Below, one piece after another: positions 41,454 to 51,918 of a stretch of 64,000 nucleotides of DNA; positions within the stretch are counted from its first letter, which is position 1; each line of letters starts with the position of its first letter. The notes below the pieces were generated by a model. The model had not been told where the DNA came from and ran no database searches. It saw only the letters and a list, made by a program, of their open reading frames with translations. Position numbers and translations under genes: made by a program. Source of the stretch: Clostridia bacterium (GTDB lineage: Bacteria > Bacillota > Clostridia > TANB77 > UBA1234); assembly GCA_017521465.1 (NCBI GenBank), contig JAFXCN010000011.1:4148-68147 (forward strand), read 5' to 3'.

Positions 41454-42245
41454 ATGAGAGAGTTAGCGGTAGTTATTCAAAATGAAAACGAGCCTGTAAA
41501 TGCGATAGAAACTATAAATTCAATAAAAAAAGCAGGTTTTGAAAACGTATTTATACAATGGTACGATGATGAAAAATGGGAAATATCTCAAAAAGAACAA
41601 TTAGATTTATGTAAAAAACTAAATCTTAATATAATATTTGCTCATTTAGGATATCAAAAAATTAACTCAATCTGGTTTGATGGAGAAGAAGGAGAAGGTT
41701 TAGTAGAACAATATAAGAACGATATAAGAGTATGTGCTGAAAATGGCATCAAGTTGGTTATGATGCATTTAGTAAGTAATAAGAACGCTCCGATGTATAA
41801 TGAAATAGGTCTAAATAGATTTAAACAGATAACCGATTATGCCAGAGAACTAGGGGTAAGAGTTGCCTTTGAAAATACAAAGTTAAAAGGATATTTAGAA
41901 TATATATTAGGAAATATAACAGATGAGCATGTTGGTTTGTGTTTTGATGCAGGGCATTTCCATGTTCATTTTGATGATATATTCGATTTTGATTTTTTCA
42001 AAAATAGAATATTTGCAGTACATCTTCACGACAATGATAAATCTGACGACCAGCATTTATTACCATTTGATGGAACAATAGATTGGAAATATGTTATTAA
42101 AAAATTAAAAGATGCGAATTATAATGGACCTATTACTTTGGAATTGTGTTATAGAAGGGGATATAATAAAATGATTTTAGATGATTTCTATAAGATAGCT
42201 TATGAAAGAGGAATAAAGTTAGCTGAAATAATGGAAGAAGTTTAA
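41454..42245 (+). CDS. Sugar phosphate isomerase/epimerase (xylose-isomerase-like TIM barrel)
   Basis: 'HLHDNDKSDDQHLLPFDGTIDW'. Confidence 0.6.
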   Translation: MRELAVVIQNENEPVNAIETINSIKKAGFENVFIQWYDDEKWEISQKEQLDLCKKLNLNIIFAHLGYQKINSIWFDGEEGEGLVEQYKNDIRVCAENGIKLVMMHLVSNKNAPMYNEIGLNRFKQITDYARELGVRVAFENTKLKGYLEYILGNITDEHVGLCFDAGHFHVHFDDIFDFDFFKNRIFAVHLHDNDKSDDQHLLPFDGTIDWKYVIKKLKDANYNGPITLELCYRRGYNKMILDDFYKIAYERGIKLAEIMEEV

Positions 42246-42249
42246 TAAA

Positions 42250-42290
42250 ATAAGCAAAAGGATTAAATAAAAATATTTAATCCTTTTATA
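42250..42290. terminator. Bidirectional terminator
   Basis: aaaggattaaata-aaaa-tatttaatccttt. Confidence 0.6.
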
Positions 42291-42293
42291 ATT

Positions 42294-42677
42294 TTATAGT
42301 GTATATTTTCCTGATTCGTCTACATTTTGCTCAAGTCTTTGAATCTGTCTCATTTGATTAGCTTCTTTATTCCCCATGTTAGTAATTTGTTCTTGTGACA
42401 TGTTTTTGAAGTTATTTCCTAAATAATTTTTAGTTCTTTCATAACTGTTTTTTACATTTTCTAATTCTTCTTCATTAGATATTTTTTTGTGTTCATTTAC
42501 AAGCTGATCTTTTAAAGATTCTATTTGATTCTCTCTAACATTTTGCTTTTCTATTGCCATTTTTTTATATTTAGGATCACCTATATGAGCATATTGCTCT
42601 AAATGTCTTTCTGTTCTTGTATGATTTTCTACCAAATTTATAAGATTATCAACTTTTCGTTCTTTTTTATTATCCAT
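42294..42677 (-). CDS. Hypothetical protein
   Basis: RBS GAGGAGG. Confidence 0.45.
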   Translation of the reverse strand: MDNKKERKVDNLINLVENHTRTERHLEQYAHIGDPKYKKMAIEKQNVRENQIESLKDQLVNEHKKISNEEELENVKNSYERTKNYLGNNFKNMSQEQITNMGNKEANQMRQIQRLEQNVDESGKYTL

Positions 42678-42785
42678 AAAAATAGCCTCCTCAAGATAAT
42701 ATTAAAGTCAAAATAAAATTGACTTGCTAATATTATTTGTAAGATAGCAAAAAAAATTCGAGTAGAAATTTTACAATAAAAATTC

Positions 42786-42826
42786 TTGACATTTTATAAA
42801 TATCATTATATAGTTGTACTAGTACA
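42786..42826 (+). promoter_or_regulatory. Promoter TTGACA-17-TATAGT with overlapping perfect palindrome TGTACTAGTACA (likely operator of the GntR encoded at the 3' end of the operon)
   Basis: -35 at 42786-42791, -10 at 42809-42814, palindrome 42815-42826. Confidence 0.45.
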
Positions 42827-42863
42827 GATAGTACAGTTGAATTTTTGTCAAAGGAGGAATAAA

Positions 42864-43760
42864 ATGATAAAAATTACTAATTTGACTAAAACTTTTGGCG
42901 ATAAAAAAGTTTTAGAAGATTTAAACTGCAACATAAAAACAGGTTCAATATATGGACTAATTGGTGCTAATGGAGCAGGTAAGTCTACATTGCTTAGAAT
43001 TATAATGGGCATTTTTAATAAGGATTCTGGTATTGTAGAAATAGATGGAAAAATACTTGAGGACAATGAAGAACTAAAACAAAAGTTAGCTTTTGTTCCA
43101 GATGATTTATATTTCTTTAAAAATTATACCTTAAAAGATATGATTTTATTCTATAGTAATTTATATAAAAATTTTGATAAAGAATATGCTTTTTCACTTG
43201 CTGAAAAATTAAAACTTCCACAAAATCAAAAAGTTAATACTTTTTCAAAAGGTATGAAAAGACAAACTGCATTAATATGTGCTATTTCAACAAATGCAGA
43301 TTATATTTTCTTTGATGAAACTTTTGATGGTGTTGATCCAGTAGTTAGAAAATTTTTGAAAAAAGTAATTGCAGATCAAATGCAAAAGAAGGAAACTACA
43401 ATAATAATGACAAGCCACAATTTAAGAGAGCTTGAAGATTTTTGTGATAATTTAGGTTTGCTATATAAAGGTGGAATTCTATTTGAAAGTGAAATTGATT
43501 CTTTGAAAACTAATATGTTTAAAATACAAATTTCACTTAAGAAAGATTTTTCTGAAAAAGATTTTCAAAACTTTAATGTGTTAAGTTTCAAGAAAAGCGG
43601 TAGCGTTGCTACAGTTATTTTAAAGGGAGACAGAGAAGGATATGAGAAGATTTTAAATGATATGAATCCAGTAATATTAGACTTTTTACCATTAACATTA
43701 GAAGAAATATTTATATATGAGATGGAGGTGCTAGGATATGAGTTTAACGAAATTGTTTAA
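42864..43760 (+). CDS. ABC transporter ATP-binding protein
   Basis: Walker A 'GANGAGKST', 'LIFFDE'; RBS AGGAGG. Confidence 0.85.
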   Translation: MIKITNLTKTFGDKKVLEDLNCNIKTGSIYGLIGANGAGKSTLLRIIMGIFNKDSGIVEIDGKILEDNEELKQKLAFVPDDLYFFKNYTLKDMILFYSNLYKNFDKEYAFSLAEKLKLPQNQKVNTFSKGMKRQTALICAISTNADYIFFDETFDGVDPVVRKFLKKVIADQMQKKETTIIMTSHNLRELEDFCDNLGLLYKGGILFESEIDSLKTNMFKIQISLKKDFSEKDFQNFNVLSFKKSGSVATVILKGDREGYEKILNDMNPVILDFLPLTLEEIFIYEMEVLGYEFNEIV

Positions 43761-45789
43761 TTTAAAATATTTTCTTCAAAATGTGAAGAAGTCAAAAGCT
43801 TTAATATTGCTATTACTAATAGCTGTTCCAATGTTTACGAGTATAATGTTATTAACGGTAGATAGTGCATATGTTATGACATTTGCAGAACTATCTATTA
43901 TAAATATAATAGGAATGTATATTATACCAATAGTACTCTCTATGACTTTGTTTGATTATGTGTATAAAAAGAATAGTGTTGATTTTATTGGTTCTATGCC
44001 ATTAAGTAGAAGAACAATATTTTTAACAAATACCATTGGTGGAATTGGAATTATTATAATTACACAATTACTTACAATGCTTAGCACATTGTTTTTATCA
44101 CAAATTCTTTCCGAAGTTGTAATATTTGGTTCAATGGTTTGGGATATATTTATATTTTTTACAGTATCATACATATTTGTATTTACAGTTTCAAATTTAG
44201 CGATAAGCTTTTCGGGAAATAAATTTTCTCAATTAGTATCAATTTTAATAATTCTATTTTTAGTTCCATTTATAATGATATCATGTGAACTTTTAGGTGA
44301 TGATTATAGATATATAAGTGTTGAAGAAAGAGTGGAGTATTCATTAGGAGATGAAGGAACGAGAATAATAATAGAGGATCCGCAATATTTTACAGCGCCA
44401 AGTTATATTTTTGGTGAAATTACAAATGCAAGATATGAATATAGCACAGAATCTATTGTGAAAATGTTAGTTTTAAGTGTTATATATACAGCAATTGGTT
44501 TATTCCTATTTGAGAGAAAGAAATTAGAAATGGCAGGAGAATCTTACGAAAGTGAAATGTTACATCTAGTTGTTAAATTAATAACATTTATGCCATTCAT
44601 GTTTATATATTGTATGTTAAATAATTCTGATAAAGTAACTGTATTTCTATTCTTTGTAGCAATATTAGCAGTGTATTATTTCTTGTTTGATTTAATTACA
44701 AATAAGAAGATAAAAATGAAAGTTACAATACCAGCATTTATAATTTCTTGGATAGTAGTATTTGCAATATATGAAGGGGTACTACCAAAATTCGGAAATA
44801 ATAATATAGATATAATAAATGTAAATGATGTAAAAAATATATATATTGAATCTGTAAAATATAATTCAAATTATAGATGTGATTTTGGACTATTAGTAGA
44901 AGATGAAGAATTAATGAAATTAATTCTGACTCATGCTGATAAGAGATTTGTTGAAAGCTCATCATATGAGTATGTTGATTTAACAATTGATGAAGCTATT
45001 GTTGATGAAGGAACAGAAAAAGTGGATGGAAGATTATTATACAGAGGCATGAGTGCAAATTTAATTATTGAATTGGAAAATGGTAAAACTTATGAATGTT
45101 CAAAACATTTTAATGGTGAAATATATCAAAAAATTCTAGCGAAATATGGCAAGGAAAAAGTTAGCAAAGATTTTGCTAAATATATTCCATTAGGAGATAG
45201 AAATCGTTTCACAGAAAGCGATGAAAAAGAAATATTAGAAACAATAAATAATGAATTTAATACTTTAACATTTGAAGAATTATATAAAATTTATAATGGA
45301 ACATTTTCTGAATATGATTTAGCTTTATATAGATATAAAAATCATAGATTAATAAAAAATGATTTTTCATATAAAGGATTTGAAGAATTGCATAAATTAA
45401 TGACAAAAAAATCTAATATGCATACAAAACAAGTTTTATATAACATAGATAATTTTTATATGTATAATAGTGATGATATAATGGAGTTAATTGAATCAAA
45501 GAATCCTGAATTGTTTGTAGATGATAATCCAGATGATTATGATGAAAAAGATAAATTTAGATATGAATTTTTATATGATATTGGTTATTTTGCATCTGAT
45601 GAAATTAAAGAGTTCATAAAAAATGATAACCATACAGAATTTGATCATGATAAAGAATATATAGTTATTAAATCTAATTATCCAAGTTACTATTTTACAA
45701 ATGATTTGGATGGATTTTATAATTTAATAGCAAAAGTATGTAATAAACAGTATAATAATTATAATATTAAGTTAAACGAAAATATTTAA
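43738..45789 (+). CDS. ABC-2-type permease-like membrane protein with a large C-terminal soluble domain
   Basis: 6 N-terminal TM helices; overlaps the ATPase gene. Confidence 0.5.
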   Translation: MSLTKLFNLKYFLQNVKKSKALILLLLIAVPMFTSIMLLTVDSAYVMTFAELSIINIIGMYIIPIVLSMTLFDYVYKKNSVDFIGSMPLSRRTIFLTNTIGGIGIIIITQLLTMLSTLFLSQILSEVVIFGSMVWDIFIFFTVSYIFVFTVSNLAISFSGNKFSQLVSILIILFLVPFIMISCELLGDDYRYISVEERVEYSLGDEGTRIIIEDPQYFTAPSYIFGEITNARYEYSTESIVKMLVLSVIYTAIGLFLFERKKLEMAGESYESEMLHLVVKLITFMPFMFIYCMLNNSDKVTVFLFFVAILAVYYFLFDLITNKKIKMKVTIPAFIISWIVVFAIYEGVLPKFGNNNIDIINVNDVKNIYIESVKYNSNYRCDFGLLVEDEELMKLILTHADKRFVESSSYEYVDLTIDEAIVDEGTEKVDGRLLYRGMSANLIIELENGKTYECSKHFNGEIYQKILAKYGKEKVSKDFAKYIPLGDRNRFTESDEKEILETINNEFNTLTFEELYKIYNGTFSEYDLALYRYKNHRLIKNDFSYKGFEELHKLMTKKSNMHTKQVLYNIDNFYMYNSDDIMELIESKNPELFVDDNPDDYDEKDKFRYEFLYDIGYFASDEIKEFIKNDNHTEFDHDKEYIVIKSNYPSYYFTNDLDGFYNLIAKVCNKQYNNYNIKLNENI

Positions 45790-45805
45790 GTATAGGAGGT
45801 ATGAA

Positions 45806-46162
45806 ATGATTGTTATAGATTATCAAAGTCGAACCCCTATATATGAACAAATAGTGTTAGAAATTGAAAGATATGTAGTGCTTGGAATATATAAGCCAAA
45901 ACAGCAAATAGAATCAATTAGAGAACTTGCAACATCACTTGGCATAAATCCTAACACCGTAAAAAAAGCATATGATGAATTAGAACGAAGAGGTACAATT
46001 ACTACAATATCAACAAAAGGAACATTTATCGCAGAAAATACAAATAAACTTTTAAAGAATAAAGTTGAAGATAAGATAAAATTAATAAAAGATGAAATAA
46101 AAGAGTTAGAAAAATTGGGTGTTTCAAAAGAAGAAATATTAGAGAAAATAGTAAAGAGCTGA
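45806..46162 (+). CDS. GntR family transcriptional regulator (YtrA-like, short)
   Basis: wHTH 'IRELATSLGINPNTVKKAYDELE'. Confidence 0.8.
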   Translation: MIVIDYQSRTPIYEQIVLEIERYVVLGIYKPKQQIESIRELATSLGINPNTVKKAYDELERRGTITTISTKGTFIAENTNKLLKNKVEDKIKLIKDEIKELEKLGVSKEEILEKIVKS

Positions 46163-46186
46163 ATGATATTCATTCAGCTCTTTTTA
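46155..46186 (+). terminator. Rho-independent terminator
   Basis: agagctgaatga/tcattcagctct followed by TTTTT. Confidence 0.65.
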
Positions 46187-46253
46187 TAAATTGGCATTCA
46201 ATTGACTAGAAATTTAAAGTGTGATAGCATAAATATATAATTCTGTAAGCAAG

Positions 46254-47213
46254 GTGAAAATTATGGAAAATGCAGGTGAATTAATACAAATTATAGATAA
46301 TTATTATGCTATTTGTTATCAAAAAGAACATAATATAAATAAATATCTGAATAGTGATACTACTTTAATATATATAAGTGAGTATTTAGATGCAAATAGC
46401 GAGATATTAAAGTATGTGGAAAGAGTAAAAAATATTGTAGTAATATCTAAAAAATATAAAAAAGTTTCAAAAGAAAATTTAGTGTTTTATAGAAATGCAA
46501 ATTCGAAACTAAAAAAAGAACTAGCTGATAAAGTTGTAATTTTATTAGAGTTAAATGAAAATTATAGCAATTCAAGATATATTGTTAAAAGTTTAATTGA
46601 ATTGTTTGATAGAATGCCTGAATTAGCAGAAAAATTTGTTGATTTAGAAACAGACAAAACATTAGCTACGATTATAAAAGATAATAATTCTAAACAAATT
46701 GGAGATATATTAAATGCTTTTAAAGCTATTATGATAAAAGACATTTCTAAAAGAAATGAATTTATATATGATACAGTTTGTGACTATTTAGATAGTAAAT
46801 TTAAAGGTTGCAATGTGTGTGACTTTAAAAAAGATAAGTGTGTAGCAAATAGGGCTCATGCTATAAATAATAACATCATGGGGTGTTGCCATTCTTTTGG
46901 TTATGCCAAATTTTATGAGCCATTGTTTATAAAAAATATTAAGGTTTGTCAGTATATGCAAAATAGAACGTGTGCAACAAAGAATATAAGTTGTAAATTA
47001 TTTACATGTAGACTTGTGAAAAAGCAACATCCAGAATTTAATTTTAAAATTAAAAGGATATTGCTTTTAGACTGTTTTTTTACACAAAAGCAACAAGATG
47101 TTTTGCAATATAATTATTTTAGAACTAAAGAACAAATTTTAGAAAAATTACAAGAAAAGAATAAAGATATGTACTTATGGTATATATGTAATAAAAAATA
47201 TAGAATTCAATAA
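46254..47213 (+). CDS. Cys-rich hypothetical protein
   Basis: C-terminal half has ~14 Cys ('GCNVCDFKKDKC', 'GCCHSFGY', 'CQYMQNRTC'). Confidence 0.45.
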   Translation: MKIMENAGELIQIIDNYYAICYQKEHNINKYLNSDTTLIYISEYLDANSEILKYVERVKNIVVISKKYKKVSKENLVFYRNANSKLKKELADKVVILLELNENYSNSRYIVKSLIELFDRMPELAEKFVDLETDKTLATIIKDNNSKQIGDILNAFKAIMIKDISKRNEFIYDTVCDYLDSKFKGCNVCDFKKDKCVANRAHAINNNIMGCCHSFGYAKFYEPLFIKNIKVCQYMQNRTCATKNISCKLFTCRLVKKQHPEFNFKIKRILLLDCFFTQKQQDVLQYNYFRTKEQILEKLQEKNKDMYLWYICNKKYRIQ

Positions 47214-47231
47214 TATAGAAATGAGGTAAAA

Positions 47232-47858
47232 ATGCCAAATTGGAAAACGCATTTAGAAGTTGGAAAAAGATTAAATAAATATTTGAAATATGATGAAGAA
47301 GAGCTTAATATGTTTCTGTTTGGGAGTATATTGCCAGATATTAATAATAGTCATATTGTGACTGACATATCTGAAAAAATAGGTCATGATGTTACTCATA
47401 TTAGAAAACAAAAAAATCTATCTTACATAGAATTTTATAATAAATATTCGGAAAAAATTATAAATAATAATCCGATTTTTGTAGGTTATTTGGCTCATAT
47501 TTATACAGATGAAATTTGGAATAATCATTTTTATCAGAAAAATGAAATAATTCACATGAAAGACAAAAGTCATGATGAACTTAGGATTATGAAGCAAAAA
47601 GATTTTGAAATATATAATAGTAAGTTTATTGACAATATTATCGAGCTTGATAATATTACTGAAGTTTTAGAACAAATAACGAAAATTGCTGAGGTTTCAA
47701 TAACAAAAGAAGATGTAGAAAAAGTAATAGAATTTTTAAAAAATCAAAAAGGAATTACTGGAGAATTAAAGCTTCATACGGAAGAGGAATTAGCTAAACT
47801 TCTGGATGAAACAATTATTAAGATTTATGAATTTTTGAATTCAAAAATAGAGGAGTAA
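47232..47858 (+). CDS. Possible zinc-dependent phospholipase C-like family protein
   Basis: N-terminal 'NWKTHLEVGKRL', 'GYLAHIYTDEIWNNH' His-rich motifs. Confidence 0.35.
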   Translation: MPNWKTHLEVGKRLNKYLKYDEEELNMFLFGSILPDINNSHIVTDISEKIGHDVTHIRKQKNLSYIEFYNKYSEKIINNNPIFVGYLAHIYTDEIWNNHFYQKNEIIHMKDKSHDELRIMKQKDFEIYNSKFIDNIIELDNITEVLEQITKIAEVSITKEDVEKVIEFLKNQKGITGELKLHTEEELAKLLDETIIKIYEFLNSKIEE

Positions 47859-47862
47859 TAGA

Positions 47863-48270
47863 ATGAAAAAATATATACATAAAGTTAGTTATTATGAAAC
47901 AGATAAAATGGGTGTTACACATCATTCAAATTATATTAGATGGATGGAAGAAGCAAGAATAGAGTTTTTAACTCAAATTGGATATCCATATGATAAACTG
48001 GAAGAGATGGGAATTATCTCACCAGTAATTGGCATAGAATGCGACTATAAAACATCTACAACATTTAGTGATGAAGTTGAGATAGAAGTTAAAATTAAAG
48101 AATTTAAAGGTGTAAGGTTAGTAATAGAATATACAATGACGAACTTAAAAACTGAAGAACTAGTTGCAAACGGTATTACAAAGCATTGCTTTGTAAACAC
48201 GGAAGGCAAGCCTGTGATTCTAAAAAAATCTTTCCCAGAATTTGATCAAAAGCTTAAAGAATTAATTTAG
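47863..48270 (+). CDS. Acyl-CoA thioesterase (hotdog fold, YbgC-like)
   Basis: 'YYETDKMGVTHHSNYIRWMEEAR'. Confidence 0.75.
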   Translation: MKKYIHKVSYYETDKMGVTHHSNYIRWMEEARIEFLTQIGYPYDKLEEMGIISPVIGIECDYKTSTTFSDEVEIEVKIKEFKGVRLVIEYTMTNLKTEELVANGITKHCFVNTEGKPVILKKSFPEFDQKLKELI

Positions 48271-48289
48271 AAAATAATAATATATATTT

Positions 48290-48322
48290 AAAGAGTTGAT
48301 TATTGATAATCAGCTCTTTTTT
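48290..48322 (+). terminator. Rho-independent terminator
   Basis: aagagttgattat/ataatcagctctt followed by TTTTT. Confidence 0.6.
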
Positions 48323-48378
48323 GATATAATAAGAGTGTTATACTTTCTTGTATCATAATAAAAATGCGAGGTGATTAT

Positions 48379-49476
48379 ATGGAAATTACAAGACCTACAA
48401 TATTTGAAATTAATCTAGAAGCCTTTAAGCATAATGTAAGGGAAATACAAAAATATGTTGGAAATGATAAAGAGATTATGCCAGTTATAAAAGCTAATGC
48501 ATACGGAACTTATATAAATAAGAGACTAGACATGGTAGAAATGTTCGATATAGTAGCTGTAGCACTTGTTGACGAAGCGGTAGAACTTAGAAATTTAGGA
48601 TATAACAAAGAAATATTTGTTTTGAATCAACCATATAAAGATGAAATTGAGAAAATTATAAAATACAACATAACGGTTGGAGTTAGTTCGAAGAGCTTTG
48701 TAGAAGAATTAGGAAAATATAATGATATAATAAACATTCATATTGAAGTTGGAACTGGAATGGGAAGAACGGGCATTCATCCATCAAGAATTATTGAATA
48801 TATTGATGAAATAAAAAAATATTCAAATATAAATATAGAAGGGATATATACACATTTGTCTTCAGCAGACTATGATGATGAATATACTACAAAACAATTG
48901 AATTCTTTTGAAATGGCTGTAAAAAATGCTAAAGAATATATTGGAACAATAAAATATGTACATAGTCTAGCATCTAATGGAATCTTAAATTATAAAGATG
49001 CTTATTCAAATTTAGTAAGACCTGGAATAATTTTATATGGCTATGAATCATTTGATAAAACAATGGAAAAAATTGATATAAAACCTGTATGTAAATTGAA
49101 ATCAAAAGTCACATTTTTAAAAGAAGTTGAAGCGGGAGTTTCAATAGGGTATGGTAGAAGCTATATTACAGATAAAAAAACAAAAGTAGCTACAATTCCA
49201 ATAGGATACGCAGATGGTTTAAGAAGAGAACTATCTAATAAAGGAGAAGTTTATATAAATGGTAAAAAGGCTTCAATAATTGGTAAAGTTTGTATGGATG
49301 GCTTTATGGCTGATGTAACAGATATAGAAGATGTATCATTAGGTGATGATGTCTATATATGGGACAATGAAAATATTACATTAGAAGAAGTCGCAACAAT
49401 GTCAAATACAATTAATTATGAGATAATGAGTACAATTTCTAATAGAGTACCTAGAATATTTAAAAGCGAGGAATAA
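48379..49476 (+). CDS. alr: Alanine racemase
   Basis: PLP motif 'VIKANAYG'; start at ATG 48379 with RBS GAGGTGA. Confidence 0.9.
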   Translation: MEITRPTIFEINLEAFKHNVREIQKYVGNDKEIMPVIKANAYGTYINKRLDMVEMFDIVAVALVDEAVELRNLGYNKEIFVLNQPYKDEIEKIIKYNITVGVSSKSFVEELGKYNDIINIHIEVGTGMGRTGIHPSRIIEYIDEIKKYSNINIEGIYTHLSSADYDDEYTTKQLNSFEMAVKNAKEYIGTIKYVHSLASNGILNYKDAYSNLVRPGIILYGYESFDKTMEKIDIKPVCKLKSKVTFLKEVEAGVSIGYGRSYITDKKTKVATIPIGYADGLRRELSNKGEVYINGKKASIIGKVCMDGFMADVTDIEDVSLGDDVYIWDNENITLEEVATMSNTINYEIMSTISNRVPRIFKSEE

Positions 49477-49477
49477 A

Positions 49478-50320
49478 ATGAGTATAGGATTAGTTCTTGA
49501 AGGCGGTGCTATGCGTGGCTTATACACTGCTGGTGTAATAGATGTTTTTTTAGAAAACAATATTGAAGTTGATGGGGTTATAGGAGTTTCAGCTGGAGTT
49601 TTGTTTGGTGTCAACTATTTGTCAAAACAAAAGGGAAGAGTTCTTAGATATAATAAGAAATTTGTTAAAGATAAAAGATACATGGGAATGTGGTCTTTAA
49701 TAACGACAGGAAATATTATAAGTAAAGATTTTTCGTTTTACGAGATGCCTTATAAGTTAGATGTATTTGATGATGAAGAATATAAAAAGTCTAAAACTAA
49801 AATGTATGCAACTGTGACTAACGTTGAAACAGGAAAACCAGAATATATGAAACTTGATAGTGTTTTTGAGCAAATGGAAATTTTAAGAGCAACTTCGGCA
49901 ATGCCATTTGTATCTAAATTTGTTGAATTAGATGGGAATAAATATCTTGACGGTGGAATTTCTGACAGTATACCTGTAGACAAATGCAAAGAGATGGGCT
50001 ATGACAAAATAATAGTTGTTCTTACAAGGCCTATAGAATACAGAAAGAAAAAAGAAAGTAAGGCATTGATAGATATGTTTTACAAAAAACATCCTAACTT
50101 GGCGGAAACACTAAAAAATAGACATATGAATTATAATTCTTCAGTAGAAAAAGTAATTGACTTAGAAAATAAAAAAGAGATATTTGTTATTAGACCTTCT
50201 AAAACATTAAAAATAAAGAGAATAGAAAAAGATACCGATAAGCTTCAAGCTATGTATGATTTGGGTGTAGAAGATTGCAAAAACAAATTAGAGGAATTAA
50301 TGATGTATTTGAAAAAATAA
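49478..50320 (+). CDS. Patatin-like phospholipase
   Basis: 'GGAMRG' oxyanion motif, 'GVSAG' GxSxG. Confidence 0.8.
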   Translation: MSIGLVLEGGAMRGLYTAGVIDVFLENNIEVDGVIGVSAGVLFGVNYLSKQKGRVLRYNKKFVKDKRYMGMWSLITTGNIISKDFSFYEMPYKLDVFDDEEYKKSKTKMYATVTNVETGKPEYMKLDSVFEQMEILRATSAMPFVSKFVELDGNKYLDGGISDSIPVDKCKEMGYDKIIVVLTRPIEYRKKKESKALIDMFYKKHPNLAETLKNRHMNYNSSVEKVIDLENKKEIFVIRPSKTLKIKRIEKDTDKLQAMYDLGVEDCKNKLEELMMYLKK

Positions 50321-50365
50321 AAATGGAAAATATAAAGTTAAAAAATACAGAGGAGATGATGTAAT

Positions 50366-50632
50366 ATGGAATATACTTATGAAACAAAAAATACTTGTTC
50401 AAAAGCAATACGATTTGATTTAGACGGAGATGTTGTTAGAAATGTAAAATTTTTAGGAGGAGGTTGCCCTGGAAATTTGCAAGCATTGCCAAAACTTGTA
50501 GAAGGCCTTAGTGTTGAAGAAATTGAAAAAAGAATTGGTGGAATTATTTGTGGAATGAAAGGTACATCATGTGCTGATCAACTAGCAAAAGCAGTTAGAA
50601 AAGCTTATGAAGAATCTAAAAAATTAGCATAA
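50366..50632 (+). CDS. TSCPD-domain small protein (TIGR03905-like)
   Basis: 'GGGCPGNLQAL', 'GTSCADQLA' four-Cys pattern. Confidence 0.55.
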   Translation: MEYTYETKNTCSKAIRFDLDGDVVRNVKFLGGGCPGNLQALPKLVEGLSVEEIEKRIGGIICGMKGTSCADQLAKAVRKAYEESKKLA

Positions 50633-50647
50633 AAGGAGATATAAAAA

Positions 50648-51214
50648 ATGAGTAGAGAAGAAGCATTAAATTTATTAAAGAAATATAATAGTGAAGAATT
50701 TCATTTAAGACATGCATTTACTGTAGAACAAGCAATGAAATATTTTGCTAAAGAAAAAGGATATGATGAAGAGTTTTGGGGATTGGTAGGATTATTACAT
50801 GATGTTGATTATGAAAAATATCCAGAGGAACATTGCCAAAAAGCACCAGAACTATTAAAAGAAATAAATGCTAGCGATGATATGATACATGCTATATGTA
50901 GTCACGCATATGGAATTTGTTCAGATGTAAAACCTGAACATGAAATGGAAAAAATATTATTTGCAGTTGATGAATTAACAGGATTAATATGGGCAGCTGC
51001 AAAAATGAGACCATCACAAAGTACAAAAGATATGGAATTATCGAGTTTAAAGAAAAAGTTTAAAGATAAAAAATTTGCAGCAGGTTGTTCAAGAGATACA
51101 ATAATAGAAGGCGCTGAACAGCTTGGGTGGGAACTAAATGATTTATTAGAAAGTACAATTCAAGCAATGCGATACGGTGAAGAGGTAGTCGAAGAAGAAA
51201 TGAAAAATATTTAA
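50648..51214 (+). CDS. HD-domain hydrolase
   Basis: 'LLHDVDYEKYPEEH'. Confidence 0.6.
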   Translation: MSREEALNLLKKYNSEEFHLRHAFTVEQAMKYFAKEKGYDEEFWGLVGLLHDVDYEKYPEEHCQKAPELLKEINASDDMIHAICSHAYGICSDVKPEHEMEKILFAVDELTGLIWAAAKMRPSQSTKDMELSSLKKKFKDKKFAAGCSRDTIIEGAEQLGWELNDLLESTIQAMRYGEEVVEEEMKNI

Positions 51215-51218
51215 TAAA

Positions 51219-51254
51219 AAATAGCTATCATGGTTTTATGATAGCTATTTTTTT
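51219..51254. terminator. Bidirectional terminator
   Basis: atagctatcat-ggtttt-atgatagctat followed by a T-run. Confidence 0.6.
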
Positions 51255-51847
51255 AATATATTAGTAATGATTTTAACTACTTCATCTTGCATTACATTAT
51301 AGTTTAAATCTTTATGCTTATGATAGACAAGTTCGTGACATAGATTTTCAATAATTCCAATTGCAATATGTATTTTCTCTATAGGATTTTTAATTTTTAT
51401 ATTGTTGTTTTTTATGATACTTACTATTTTGTTTGTTAATTCTAATTCAGAATTTTTAAAAATATTTGAAACGTCTTCATCTAGATGAGACATAGCCATA
51501 AGTTCTTCGTGAGCTTTTTTAGAGATAGTGTGGCTTTTGATATAAGCTTCAATCATTCTTCTGACTACAGCTTCTATATTATCTATTTTTAAATCTTCGT
51601 TTTCAAGCACGGAATGCATTGGAAACATTATTGAATTAGAATAATTTTTTACACCTTCAATAAAGATATCTTTTTTATCATTAAAGTATTGATAAATAAT
51701 ACCAGTTGATACTTCTGCAGCTTCAGCAATGTCTGGAGTAGATACATTATAATATCCTTTTTCGCACATAAGCTCAAAGCCTTTTTCGATTATTCTATTG
51801 CGTTTTTCGATTGATCTTTTTTGAGTTGGCATTCTTATATCTGACAT
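51245..51847 (-). CDS. TetR/AcrR family transcriptional regulator
   Basis: N-terminal HTH 'YNVSTPDIAEAAEVSTGIIYQYF'. Confidence 0.8.
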   Translation of the reverse strand: MSDIRMPTQKRSIEKRNRIIEKGFELMCEKGYYNVSTPDIAEAAEVSTGIIYQYFNDKKDIFIEGVKNYSNSIMFPMHSVLENEDLKIDNIEAVVRRMIEAYIKSHTISKKAHEELMAMSHLDEDVSNIFKNSELELTNKIVSIIKNNNIKIKNPIEKIHIAIGIIENLCHELVYHKHKDLNYNVMQDEVVKIITNILKK

Positions 51848-51893
51848 TTAATCACCTCTAGTGTGTATTATACAATAAAATAATAGAAAAAAC

Positions 51894-51915
51894 AATGTGA
51901 AAAAAGTTTCACATT
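51894..51915. promoter_or_regulatory. Palindrome AATGTGAAA-N4-TTTCACATT in the tetR/feoA divergent region (candidate TetR operator)
   Basis: Perfect 9-bp arms; a half-site copy 'tgaaaaaagtttcat' recurs at 51958-51972. Confidence 0.4.
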
Positions 51916-51918
51916 CTA

